Below, piece after piece: positions 53,966 through 63,288 of a stretch of DNA of 64,000 nt. Positions within the stretch are counted from its first letter, which is position 1; every line of letters begins with the position of its first letter. The notes beneath the pieces are model-generated. The model searched no databases. It was given only the letters and a program-made list of their open reading frames with translations, and was not told where the DNA came from. Origin of the DNA: an uncultured Clostridia bacterium (GTDB lineage Bacteria; Bacillota; Clostridia; Christensenellales; UBA1242); contig CAMEJD010000008.1 in assembly GCA_945919375.1 (NCBI GenBank), positions 1,970-65,969 on the forward strand, in the 5' to 3' direction. Made by a program: the position numbers and the translations under genes.

Positions 53966-54343
53966 CTAAACTTCAGGTAAAACAGCTAATACTTTTATTT
54001 TTGATTTTATTGATTCTTTGAATGAATCAATTACATTGAAATATCTTGAATCAAACATAATATCAACATTATCATCTTCATTAAAATCAGTGAATAGTAC
54101 ATTCAAAAATAGTTTTTCTCTTTCCTTATCTATAATAATATCATAAATAATATCATTTACATATTTTTGATAATATTCTTTGTTTTTTTCATAACCTTTT
54201 GCTATATAACCACATATTCTGTTATTATACATCTTTATAATATAAACCTTATCGTATTTATTATTAAATCCAATATCAAAAAATTTCTCAATTTCTATCG
54301 CTGTTAACTCACCTGCACTTTTTATAATTACTAATTTTTTATT
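53966..54343 (-). pseudogene. Hypothetical protein, probably a 5'-truncated fragment
   Basis: The frame of the 88-aa ORF stays open ~37 codons upstream of its ATG (KKLVIIKSAGELTAIEIEKFFD...) to an in-frame TAA, with no ATG/GTG/TTG. Confidence 0.45.
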
Positions 54344-54365
54344 TTATTTTCCGCATTAAAATTTC

Positions 54366-55745
54366 TTACCATTCAACAATTTTGCCATTCTCGTAATGCC
54401 AAAATTGCCCTTTTTGTGTTGGCTGATTTTTGCTATACCAATATGTCCTTGAAATAAAAGTCTCATCCCACCCTGATGGTTTACTAGTTGCTTCGCTATA
54501 AATTTTTAAACTTTCTGAACAAGCCCGAAATGCAAAGTATCCTATATATGTCACACTATTTGGGATGTTAATGCTAACTAGATTTCTACAAGAATCAAAG
54601 GCATAACTACCTATACTTGTTACACTACTAGGTATACTTATACTCGTTAATGAACTGCAACCATTAAAGGCACTAGTACATATAAATTTACATGTTTGAC
54701 TTATTATACAATCGGTAATTCCCTTTGAATTTGGTTTAATAAAAACAAGATATTTATTATTACTATCCCCCAAATATAACCCATTATTATATTCATTATA
54801 TGTTAAAGAACTGCAACCATTAAAGGCATAAATCCCTATACTTGTTACACTACTAGGTATATTTATACTTGTTAATGAACTGCAATCACTAAAGGCATAA
54901 TTGTCTATACTTGTTACACTACTAGGTATACTTATACTCGTTAATGAACTACAATAACTAAAGGCATAAGCACCTATACTTGTTACACCACTAGATATAC
55001 TTATACTCGTTAATGAACTGCAACCAGCAAAGGTATGACTACCTATACTTGTTACACCACTAGGTATACTTATACTCGTTAATGAACAACCACAAAAGGC
55101 ATTATCGCCTATACTTGTTACACTACTAGGTATACTTATACTCGTTAATGAACTACAATAACGAAAGGCATAATCATCAATTGTTGTAATTGTGTTTGGC
55201 AAAGTTATACTTATTAAATTGCAACATCTTACATCTGAATAATCCTCATTAGCAAACCCAAATTTAACAATTGTTGTAACAGGTTTGCCGTTGTAACTTG
55301 ATGGAATGACGATATTTGAAAGACGATTCGCAAATCCTACCCCAACTCCATATGTTCCATCATCAAGTGGATAAAAAGCAAGACCTTGTGGGTTATTATC
55401 TGCAGATGTTGATGTGTCAGTTGATTTTAGTTCACTAATAGCAATGAGATTTTGCCAATCACTATCTCCAACATAGTGCCATTGGATATAGTCAGCAGTT
55501 GTTCTAAATTCAACTTGTTTTCCATTTATGCCAGCATCACCTTTGTAAGTTTCACCTAATGTTTGTTTAATTTCATCAACAGAAATCGCATTATACCAAC
55601 TATCTTCTCCTTCATATGACCATTGAACATAGTTATCAAAAACTCTCACTTTTATTTTCTTATCTTCTCCACAACCAACAAACAAAAATATACATGGTAT
55701 ACAAACCAATACGAGTAAAAATATTAATACTTTTTTAAATTTCAT
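54366..55745 (-). CDS. BspA/TpLRR-type leucine-rich-repeat lipoprotein
   Basis: Signal peptide with lipobox FVGC, two YxQW...W motifs around a short G-x-x-G linker, 23-aa repeats CSSLTSISIPSSVTSIGxxAF, tryptophan-rich C-cap. Confidence 0.9.
   Translation of the reverse strand: MKFKKVLIFLLVLVCIPCIFLFVGCGEDKKIKVRVFDNYVQWSYEGEDSWYNAISVDEIKQTLGETYKGDAGINGKQVEFRTTADYIQWHYVGDSDWQNLIAISELKSTDTSTSADNNPQGLAFYPLDDGTYGVGVGFANRLSNIVIPSSYNGKPVTTIVKFGFANEDYSDVRCCNLISITLPNTITTIDDYAFRYCSSLTSISIPSSVTSIGDNAFCGCSLTSISIPSGVTSIGSHTFAGCSSLTSISISSGVTSIGAYAFSYCSSLTSISIPSSVTSIDNYAFSDCSSLTSINIPSSVTSIGIYAFNGCSSLTYNEYNNGLYLGDSNNKYLVFIKPNSKGITDCIISQTCKFICTSAFNGCSSLTSISIPSSVTSIGSYAFDSCRNLVSINIPNSVTYIGYFAFRACSESLKIYSEATSKPSGWDETFISRTYWYSKNQPTQKGQFWHYENGKIVEW
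54599..55180. repeat. Coding tandem repeats, ~69-bp unit
   Basis: Recurrent ctatacttgttacactactaggtatacttatactcgttaatgaac. Confidence 0.9.
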
Positions 55746-55795
55746 TTTTTCTCCTTTATATTATACAAAATTATTTATTATATTGTTTCATTTAT

Positions 55796-55839
55796 ATATT
55801 ACTAGACATTTTGTCTAGTGTCAAGATATTTTATCTAGT
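55796..55839. promoter_or_regulatory. LRR-gene promoter overlapped by tandem operator-like palindromes
   Basis: Minus strand reads TTGACA-17 nt-TAATAT. Its spacer lies within the palindrome ACTAGACA-ttt-TGTCTAGT (55801-55819). A degenerate second copy follows at 55821-55839. Confidence 0.7.
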
Positions 55840-55857
55840 TTGTATCATAATAAATAT

Positions 55858-56064
55858 ATGGATAAGAAATTTTGTAATAACCTAAAATATTTTAGAAGAG
55901 AAAAAACTTATACACAAAAACAAATAGCAACAATACTAAACGTTGTTGAAAGTTGTTATGCCAATTGGGAGCAAGGAAGAACCGAGCCTAACATAGAAAT
56001 GTTAAGAAAATTGTCAGAAATTTTATCTGTTACACTTGATGATTTAATAAATGGTAACTATTAA
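55858..56064 (+). CDS. XRE-family HTH transcriptional regulator
   Basis: NLKYFRREKTYTQKQIA...YANWEQGRTEP...TLDDL. Confidence 0.92.
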   Translation: MDKKFCNNLKYFRREKTYTQKQIATILNVVESCYANWEQGRTEPNIEMLRKLSEILSVTLDDLINGNY

Positions 56065-56093
56065 AAAAATGTAGTCAACGGACTACATTTTTT
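56064..56093. terminator. Bidirectional terminator; right boundary of the LRR/XRE islet
   Basis: aaaaaatgtagtc-aacg-gactacatttttt; same arms as 53929. Confidence 0.8.
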
Positions 56094-56105
56094 ATACTAT
56101 TTACT

Positions 56106-58769
56106 TTATGAATTATATTCATAAATTGCTGAAATCTTTGACTTTATGTTTTGTTTACCCTTGCCTAAACGAGAATCATATGCAATTTGTCTTGAAGATA
56201 CCTTTTCAATCCTATTTTCAAGTTTAACTGCAAGTGTTGGTGGAACAATTGAGAATTTGGCAAAAGCGATTTCTCCATATTCTGCTGTGTTGTATACCCT
56301 TAACCCTTTACGATACCTTGACATTACTTCAAATTCACCAATTGGAACATTTTTTATATAACCTTTGAACGTTGCAACTGTAACTGCACCACTTTCTGTT
56401 ATTTGGTCAGCGTACACGACTTCATCACCAAAATCAATATTCATACCCATAACACCTGCTGTCACTCTTCCTGTTGGTTGAATATCCCTACTTTCAAAGT
56501 TCAGTACCATTCCTTTTTTGGTCACCATTAAGATTGATGAACCTTCTATTACAGTTTGAACTGCAATAACTTCATCTTTATCTTTTAGTTTTATTGCTTG
56601 AATGTTATTTTTTGAAACAAAGTATTCTTTCATACTAGATTTCTTTACCATACCTTGTTTTGTAAAGAATACAATATCTTCAAGCGACATTAAATCTTCG
56701 TTATCTATAACTCTTATTTCAACAACTTTTTCATCAGGTTGAACATTTTTATCAAGAGTGTTAAGCAAACAACCCTTATCTCTCCACTTACCTTCTGGAA
56801 CATCGGCAATATTGATTTTTATACAATTACCATAGTTTGTAAATAGCAATGCCTTTTGACTTGTAAGTGCGTTTCTTAAAATCAAATGAACATCATTTAA
56901 TGTTGATGTATCTGTTATTTCCCTTTGTGCCAAATTATAATTTTTTAGTGGTATATTTTTTAGAGTATTATTTGCAGTGTAAGAAAGCATAACTTCTTTT
57001 GCAAATGCTTCTTCGTGGTCAATTTCCACCTTGTCAATATCTTTGTCTTTTAGAATAACCGACAATCTTTCACTCTTATATTGTTTTTTAAGTTGTCCTA
57101 ATTCTTCTTTTACAACATTATATTGTAACTTTTTGGAGTTATATATTGCTGTTAGGTGTTCAATTTGAACTTTTAACGTAGCAAGTTCTTCTTCAAGTTT
57201 TGTAATTTCCAAATTAACCAAACGAGCAAGACGCATATCAAGTATTGCCTGTGCTTGTTTTTCAGATAAATTAAATCTTTCTTTTAACTTTTGTTTTGCT
57301 TCAACAGTTGTTGCACTCTTTTTAATGATTCTTACAACTTCATCAATATTTTTGATTGCAATAAGCAAACCTTCTATGATATGTGCCCTATCTTTGCAAG
57401 CATCAAGGTCAAATTTTGTCCTTCTTTGAATAATTTCCCTTTGATATTCAACATAGTATGAAATAATATCCAAAAGCCCCATTTGTTTTGGCTTTCCATC
57501 TGCAATTGCAACCATATTTATACCAAAAGTTGTTTGCATTTGTGTTGATTTGTACAAATAATCAAGTATTGCTTTTGCATTTCCCTCTTTTTTGAGTTTT
57601 ATTACAACTCTCATTCCGTCTTTGTCTGATTCGTCACGAATTTCACTTATGGCGGAAAGTTTATCTTTGTTTTCTTCTTTTAGTTGTGCAATTTTTTGTT
57701 GCAATTGAACTTTGTTTACTTGATATGGGAGTGCAGTAATTACAATGGCTTGTTTGTCGCCATCAGTTTCAATTTTACAAGTTGCACGAATAATTATCTT
57801 ACCTTTTCCTGTTGCATAAGCAGTTTTTAATTCATCGCCCGCAATAATTTGTCCACCAGTTGGGAAATCTGGTGCTTTTATATATTGCATCATTTCATCA
57901 AGTTTTATTGATGGTTTGTTTATATATGCAATAACTCCATCGCAAACTTCTGCAAAATTATGTGGTGGGATGTTTGTTGCAACACCAACGGCAATACCTG
58001 ATGCTCCATTTACCAACAAATTTGGGAATCTACCAGGCAACATATCTGGTTCTTTTAGTGTATCATCAAAGTTCAAACTCCAATGAACAGTGTTTTTGTC
58101 CAAATCTCTTAATAGTTCCATTGCAAGTGGTGTAAGTTTTGCTTCGGTATAACGCATTGCAGCGGCGCTATCGCCATCAATTGAACCAAAGTTTCCATGT
58201 CCATCAACAAGTGGCTCACTCATAGAAAATGGTTGTGCCATCCTTACCATTGCATCATAAACACTGCTATCTCCATGTGGATGATATTTACCCATACAGT
58301 CACCGACAATTCTTGCCGATTTTCTGTATTGCTTATCCGGTTCAAGACCAAGTTCAAGCATAGAATATAGTATTCTTCTTTGAACAGGCTTTAATCCATC
58401 TTCAACTCTTGGCAATGCTCTATCCATAACAACATGCTCTGTGTATGGAATCATTGCATCATGAAAAACCTCCTCAAGAGATTTGTATATAAGTCCCTTG
58501 TGTGGAGTATCCCCATTCCCATTTGAATATGTTGTTTCTTGATTTGTTTCTGTTTTTTTGCTTTCTTTCACGACTGTTTCCTTACTTTTTTTATCAATTT
58601 TTGGTGTTTGATTGTTATCCATATCAAACAGTCCCATTTGACCTTCTATTGCCACGTTTTGTTCCTCTTTTGGTTCTTCTATTGGTTTTAAATCTAGTTC
58701 ATCATAACAGATTTGCCCAACAATAATGTCATTTTCTGGGTTTTGTGGCGAATTTTCTTCAAAATCCAC
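56106..58769 (-). CDS. parC: Type IIA topoisomerase subunit A, probably topoisomerase IV ParC
   Basis: [22 protein letters not shown] catalytic tyrosine, beta-pinwheel C-terminal domain with no recognisable GyrA-box; ~90-aa N-terminal extension. Confidence 0.78.
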   Translation of the reverse strand: MDFEENSPQNPENDIIVGQICYDELDLKPIEEPKEEQNVAIEGQMGLFDMDNNQTPKIDKKSKETVVKESKKTETNQETTYSNGNGDTPHKGLIYKSLEEVFHDAMIPYTEHVVMDRALPRVEDGLKPVQRRILYSMLELGLEPDKQYRKSARIVGDCMGKYHPHGDSSVYDAMVRMAQPFSMSEPLVDGHGNFGSIDGDSAAAMRYTEAKLTPLAMELLRDLDKNTVHWSLNFDDTLKEPDMLPGRFPNLLVNGASGIAVGVATNIPPHNFAEVCDGVIAYINKPSIKLDEMMQYIKAPDFPTGGQIIAGDELKTAYATGKGKIIIRATCKIETDGDKQAIVITALPYQVNKVQLQQKIAQLKEENKDKLSAISEIRDESDKDGMRVVIKLKKEGNAKAILDYLYKSTQMQTTFGINMVAIADGKPKQMGLLDIISYYVEYQREIIQRRTKFDLDACKDRAHIIEGLLIAIKNIDEVVRIIKKSATTVEAKQKLKERFNLSEKQAQAILDMRLARLVNLEITKLEEELATLKVQIEHLTAIYNSKKLQYNVVKEELGQLKKQYKSERLSVILKDKDIDKVEIDHEEAFAKEVMLSYTANNTLKNIPLKNYNLAQREITDTSTLNDVHLILRNALTSQKALLFTNYGNCIKINIADVPEGKWRDKGCLLNTLDKNVQPDEKVVEIRVIDNEDLMSLEDIVFFTKQGMVKKSSMKEYFVSKNNIQAIKLKDKDEVIAVQTVIEGSSILMVTKKGMVLNFESRDIQPTGRVTAGVMGMNIDFGDEVVYADQITESGAVTVATFKGYIKNVPIGEFEVMSRYRKGLRVYNTAEYGEIAFAKFSIVPPTLAVKLENRIEKVSSRQIAYDSRLGKGKQNIKSKISAIYEYNS

Positions 58770-58777
58770 TATTTCTC

Positions 58778-60721
58778 CTAACTTAACATATCATCACTAA
58801 ATTTATCTTGTCTATTAAAGTTTGCATGTTCGGCAATATATGCCTTTCTTGCATCAATATTATCTCCCATCCAAGTTGTAACCATCTTTTCCGCTTCGGC
58901 CGCATCATCAATAGTAACTTGAACCAAAGTTCTCTTGTCTGGATCCATTGTTGTTTCCCAAAGTTGCTCTGGGTTCATTTCACCCAAACCTTTGTAACGT
59001 TGTATTTGATAACCCTTTCCAGCTCTTTCTATTGCTGCCGGAAGTTCATAATCAGAATACACATATTCTGTGTAATTCTTCTTGTATACCTTGTAAAGTG
59101 GTGGAAGCCCAACAAACACATGACCATCGGTGATTAGTTGACGCATATATCTAAAGAAGAATGTTAAAAGTATTGCTCTAATATGTCCACCATCTTGGTC
59201 TGCATCGGACAAGATAATAACTTTGTGATATCTTAAATTATCAGCATTATAATCTTCGCCAATTCCTGTTTCCAAGGCACTTATCATTGTTCTTATTTCT
59301 TCATTTCCAAGAACTTGGTCAATTCTTTTCTTTTCGGCATTAAGTGGTTTTCCACGAAGTGGTAAAATTGCTTGAAACATTCTGTTTCTACCTTGTTTGG
59401 CACTGCCACCCGCAGAATCCCCTTCCACGATAAACAACTCGCTTTTTTCGCCTTTTCTTGATGTGCAAGCTGCAAGTTTTCCAACAAGATTAAAATTGTC
59501 TGCTGAACTTTTTGCTCTTGATATTTCTTTTGCTCTTTTTGCCGCTTCTCTTGTTTTTGCTGCTTGTTTTGCTTTGTCCAAAATAACTGTGGCAATTTTT
59601 TCATTTTCTTTCTTTGCAAAGAATTTGCCAAGTTCCAAAACTGTTAGTCTTTCAACTTCTGTTTTTGCTTCTGGGTTACCTAATTTTGTTTTTGTTTGAC
59701 CTTCAAATTCAACACTATGCATTTTTACTGCAATAATACAAGAAATACCTTCCCTAAAGTCTTCGCCCATAAAGTTTGAGTCTTTTTCTTTTAGGTATCC
59801 AGAATTACGAGCATAGTCATTCATAACTCTTGTCCAAGCACTTTTGAAACCAACTTCATGAGTTCCCCCTTCGGTTGTTGGAATGTTATTTACATAACTG
59901 AAAATATTCTCTGTGTAACTATCAGTGTGTTCAACTGCAATTTCAAGTTTAAGAATATCACTTTCGGCACTAATATAAATTGGAGAAGAATATAATTTGT
60001 TTTTATCTTCATCAATATATTTTATAAAGTCTTTTATTCCACCTTCATAGTGATAAGCAACATGAGTGTTTGTTCTTAAATCGTCTAAAATAATTTTTAG
60101 ACCTTTGTTAAGAAATGCAAGTTCTTTTATTCTTTTGTTAATTGTGTCAAAATTGAATTGCAAATCGCCAAACATTCTGTCATCAGGCAAAAATGTTACA
60201 GTTGTTCCTTGCTTTGTTGTTGCTCCAATATCGTGAAGTTCACATTGCGGAATACCACTTTTTAGTTTGCCATTAACTTCTTTGCTTGCAAACTCCATAT
60301 AGTACTTTCTACCTTCTTTGTCAACTTCAACTTTAAGCCATCTTGAAAGTGCGTTTGTAACTGATGCACCAACGCCATGAAGTCCACCAGAATATGAATA
60401 ACTTTTGTTGTTAAACTTCCCACCTGCGTGAAGTTGCGTGAATACAACTTCAACACCTGACTTTTTTAATGTTGGGTGCATATCAACAGGAATACCACGA
60501 CCATTATCACTTACAGTTGCACTACCATCTGTGTTTAGTGTGATTGTGATTGTGTCGCCATAACCATTTGATATTTCATCAATACTATTATCAACAATTT
60601 CCCAAAGTAAGTGATGAAAGCCTTTTATTCCGGTTGTTCCAATGTACATACCAGGTCTTAATCTTACCGCATCAAGTCCTTCAAGAACCACAATATCTTT
60701 TGAATTATAAGAATTATCCAT
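58778..60721 (-). CDS. parE: Type IIA topoisomerase subunit B, probably topoisomerase IV ParE
   Basis: [40 protein letters not shown]. Confidence 0.78.
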   Translation of the reverse strand: MDNSYNSKDIVVLEGLDAVRLRPGMYIGTTGIKGFHHLLWEIVDNSIDEISNGYGDTITITLNTDGSATVSDNGRGIPVDMHPTLKKSGVEVVFTQLHAGGKFNNKSYSYSGGLHGVGASVTNALSRWLKVEVDKEGRKYYMEFASKEVNGKLKSGIPQCELHDIGATTKQGTTVTFLPDDRMFGDLQFNFDTINKRIKELAFLNKGLKIILDDLRTNTHVAYHYEGGIKDFIKYIDEDKNKLYSSPIYISAESDILKLEIAVEHTDSYTENIFSYVNNIPTTEGGTHEVGFKSAWTRVMNDYARNSGYLKEKDSNFMGEDFREGISCIIAVKMHSVEFEGQTKTKLGNPEAKTEVERLTVLELGKFFAKKENEKIATVILDKAKQAAKTREAAKRAKEISRAKSSADNFNLVGKLAACTSRKGEKSELFIVEGDSAGGSAKQGRNRMFQAILPLRGKPLNAEKKRIDQVLGNEEIRTMISALETGIGEDYNADNLRYHKVIILSDADQDGGHIRAILLTFFFRYMRQLITDGHVFVGLPPLYKVYKKNYTEYVYSDYELPAAIERAGKGYQIQRYKGLGEMNPEQLWETTMDPDKRTLVQVTIDDAAEAEKMVTTWMGDNIDARKAYIAEHANFNRQDKFSDDMLS

Positions 60722-60812
60722 ATTATCCGCCTAATTATATTTTATCTATTCAGTCTATTTTAAAACAAAAAACTATTTTTGTAAACAAAATTTTTGGAGC
60801 AAAGCGTATTAT

Positions 60813-60860
60813 GTTGGAATTTCTCAAAAGTCACAAGTTGAGATAGGCAGCCGAAATGAC
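60813..60860. repeat. 48-bp dispersed intergenic element, copy 2
   Basis: gttggaatttc...ggcagccgaaatgac. Confidence 0.7.
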
Positions 60861-60903
60861 ATAAAGAACATAGTATAATAAATTTGCAATTTTCTCAAAT
60901 GAC

Positions 60904-60938
60904 AAAAAAATATCTAGCGTTTGCTAGATATTTTTTTA
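60904..60938 (-). terminator. Terminator of the first DUF285-like LRR gene
   Basis: aaaaaaatatctagc-gttt-gctagatattttttt. Confidence 0.85.
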
Positions 60939-60940
60939 TG

Positions 60941-62992
60941 CTAATTTTTTCTTAATGTTATGGGTGTGCCATTTGTCGTTGGCAAATAATTCCCGTTGCC
61001 CCCAGTCCATGTTCCACTTGGCAAAGCAATGTCAGCTATTGTGTTTCTTTGAGGAGATATTATTTCCGTTAATTTAGTACAATTGTATAAAAAATCACTA
61101 TATGATGTTACTTTTGACAAGTCAAAACTACTTAAATCTAAACTTGTTAAACTGCTACATCCAGAAAACATCCTATACATTTTTGTAACATTTGATGTAT
61201 TAAAACTGCTTAAATCTAAACTTGTTAAACTGCTACATCCAGAAAACATACTACGCATGTCTGTCACTTTTGATGTATCAAAACTGCTTAAGTTCAAAGA
61301 AGTTAGACCACTACAAGAAGAAAACATAGCTCTCATATTAGTCACTTTTGATGTATCAAAATTACTCAAGTTTAAAGTTTTTAGACTGCTACATCCATCA
61401 AACATGTATTCCATGGTTGTAACATTTGATGTGTTAAAACTACTTAAATCTAAACTTGTTAATTTGCTACAATTATAAAACATACTACCCATACTTGTCA
61501 CATTTGATGTGTTAAACATGCTTAAATCCAAACTTGTTAAACTGCTACATTCATAAAACATATCTTTCATATTTGTCACATTGGATGTATTAAACTTACT
61601 TAAATCAAGACTTTTTAAACTGCTACATCCAGCAAACATAGTATTCATATTTGTAACATTAGATGTATTAAAACTGCTTAAGTTTAAAGATGTTAGACCA
61701 CTACAAGAAAGAAACATATTCCCCATGCCAGTCACATTTGATGTATTAAAATGACTTACATCCAAACTTGTTAAACTGCTACATCCAGAAAACATATTAT
61801 ACATATTTGTAACATTGGATGTGTTAAAGTTGCTTACATCCAAACTTGTTAAACTGCTACATCCAAAAAACATACGTTCCATACTTTTAACATTAGATGT
61901 ATCAAACTTACTTACATCCAAACTTGTTAAACTGCTACATCCATCAAACATATATACCATATTTGTAACATTAGATGTATCAAACTTACTTACATCCAAA
62001 CTTGTTAAACCGCTACAATAATCAAACATATAACTCATGTCTGTCACATTTGATGTATCAAAACTGCTTACATCCAAAGTTGTTAAACTTCTACATTCAT
62101 CAAACATATATGCCATGCCAGTCACTTTTGATGTATTAAAGTTACTTAAATCCAAAGTTTCTAGACCACTATTATAAAACATCATACCCATGCTAGTCAC
62201 TTTTGATGTATTAAAGTTACTTAAATCCAAACTTGTTAATTTGCTACATCCAGAAAACATACGTCCCATATTTGTAACATTGGATGTGATAAAATTTTCA
62301 CCTAAATCTAAACTTGTTAATTTGCTACATCCAGAAAACATCCTACTCATGTCTGTCACTTTTGATGTATCAAAACTGCTTAAATTTATACTTGTTAAAC
62401 TGCTACATTCATAAAACATTCGACTCATGTCTGTCACATTTGATGTATTAAAATTTTCACCTAAATCTAAACTTGTTAATTTGCTACATCCAGAAAACAT
62501 ACCTCCCATATTTGTAACATTAGATGTGTCAAAACTGCGTAGATCTAATTCTGTTAAATTTTTACAGTTAGAAAACATATAAGCACTTTTTTGTGTCAAA
62601 ACAAATTTATTGCCAATTTTTGAATAAACAACAATATCATACATACTATTTGAATTTAATGTACAATATGCGACATAGGAATCATTAAATTTTTTTGTTG
62701 AAGAATTGTAACCCACATCAATTGTTTGCGTACCATCTACCACCTCTGGTTTTGTTCCGGTAAATTTTATTGAGTTATATTTGCTCACATTAGATTTTAA
62801 TTGATCAGCAATATACTTTATCAAATTACTAGTTTCACTTCCATTACTATTATACAATTCGGGAACAGTGTAAGAAAACTCACCCGAGATATTATATGTT
62901 ATGCTTTTTGATGCATAAACACCCATAAATGCTCCGGCTGAGATAAAACACAAAGATATTATGAATAAAAATATTGTTAATTTTTCTTTCAT
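60941..62992 (-). CDS. Surface LRR protein with ~26-aa bacterial surface-protein (DUF285/BspA-like) repeats
   Basis: N-terminal signal/anchor, ~19 repeats CSSLTSLDLSxFxTSxVTxMxxMFxx, C-terminal cap. Confidence 0.92.
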   Translation of the reverse strand: MKEKLTIFLFIISLCFISAGAFMGVYASKSITYNISGEFSYTVPELYNSNGSETSNLIKYIADQLKSNVSKYNSIKFTGTKPEVVDGTQTIDVGYNSSTKKFNDSYVAYCTLNSNSMYDIVVYSKIGNKFVLTQKSAYMFSNCKNLTELDLRSFDTSNVTNMGGMFSGCSKLTSLDLGENFNTSNVTDMSRMFYECSSLTSINLSSFDTSKVTDMSRMFSGCSKLTSLDLGENFITSNVTNMGRMFSGCSKLTSLDLSNFNTSKVTSMGMMFYNSGLETLDLSNFNTSKVTGMAYMFDECRSLTTLDVSSFDTSNVTDMSYMFDYCSGLTSLDVSKFDTSNVTNMVYMFDGCSSLTSLDVSKFDTSNVKSMERMFFGCSSLTSLDVSNFNTSNVTNMYNMFSGCSSLTSLDVSHFNTSNVTGMGNMFLSCSGLTSLNLSSFNTSNVTNMNTMFAGCSSLKSLDLSKFNTSNVTNMKDMFYECSSLTSLDLSMFNTSNVTSMGSMFYNCSKLTSLDLSSFNTSNVTTMEYMFDGCSSLKTLNLSNFDTSKVTNMRAMFSSCSGLTSLNLSSFDTSKVTDMRSMFSGCSSLTSLDLSSFNTSNVTKMYRMFSGCSSLTSLDLSSFDLSKVTSYSDFLYNCTKLTEIISPQRNTIADIALPSGTWTGGNGNYLPTTNGTPITLRKN
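61100..62580. repeat. Coding tandem repeats, ~78-bp unit
   Basis: Recurrent aaacttgttaaactgctacatcc...aaacat...gtaacattNgatgt. Confidence 0.92.
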
Positions 62993-63020
62993 AAAATATT
63001 ACCTTTTCGCAATACAATAA

Positions 63021-63049
63021 ATTATACAATATCCCCCCACACATGTCAA
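63021..63049 (-). promoter_or_regulatory. Consensus sigma-A promoter with a G6 tract in the spacer
   Basis: TTGACA-tgtgtggggggatattg-TATAAT (17-nt spacer) upstream of the 683-aa LRR gene. Confidence 0.8.
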
Positions 63050-63100
63050 TTTTTATTTATATTTATATGGTTGGGATTTTCTATTTTTTTATTCAATATG

Positions 63101-63148
63101 GTTGAGATTTCCACAAATCAAGTTGTTGGGGTCGGCAGTTGAAATGAC
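63101..63148. repeat. 48-bp dispersed intergenic element, copy 3
   Basis: gttgagatttc...ggcagttgaaatgac; its 5' part is also partly duplicated at about 63065-63081. Confidence 0.7.
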
Positions 63149-63253
63149 AAAGATTTATTAAAAGATAGTATTTCCTTTGAAAATATTTCAAATATGCCGG
63201 CAAGAGTGAAATGTGTTGAACTTGCTTGGCGAACTTTGGATGATATGTTAAAT

Positions 63254-63288
63254 AAAAAAAATATCTAGCAAACGCTAGATATTTTTTT
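63254..63288 (-). terminator. Terminator of the second DUF285-like LRR gene
   Basis: aaaaaaatatctagc-aaac-gctagatattttttt; reverse complement of the 60904 copy. Confidence 0.85.

Noticed and set aside
56106-60721. Calling the pair gyrA/gyrB
   Set aside because: No GyrA-box is recognisable in the C-terminal domain and there is no dnaA-dnaN-recF context, so topoisomerase IV is preferred. A phylogeny would settle it.
61100-62580. Regular ~78-bp (and ~69-bp at 54599-55180) repeats as a CRISPR array
   Set aside because: The repeats are in-frame coding units of LRR proteins, with degenerate repeats, no unique spacers and no cas genes.
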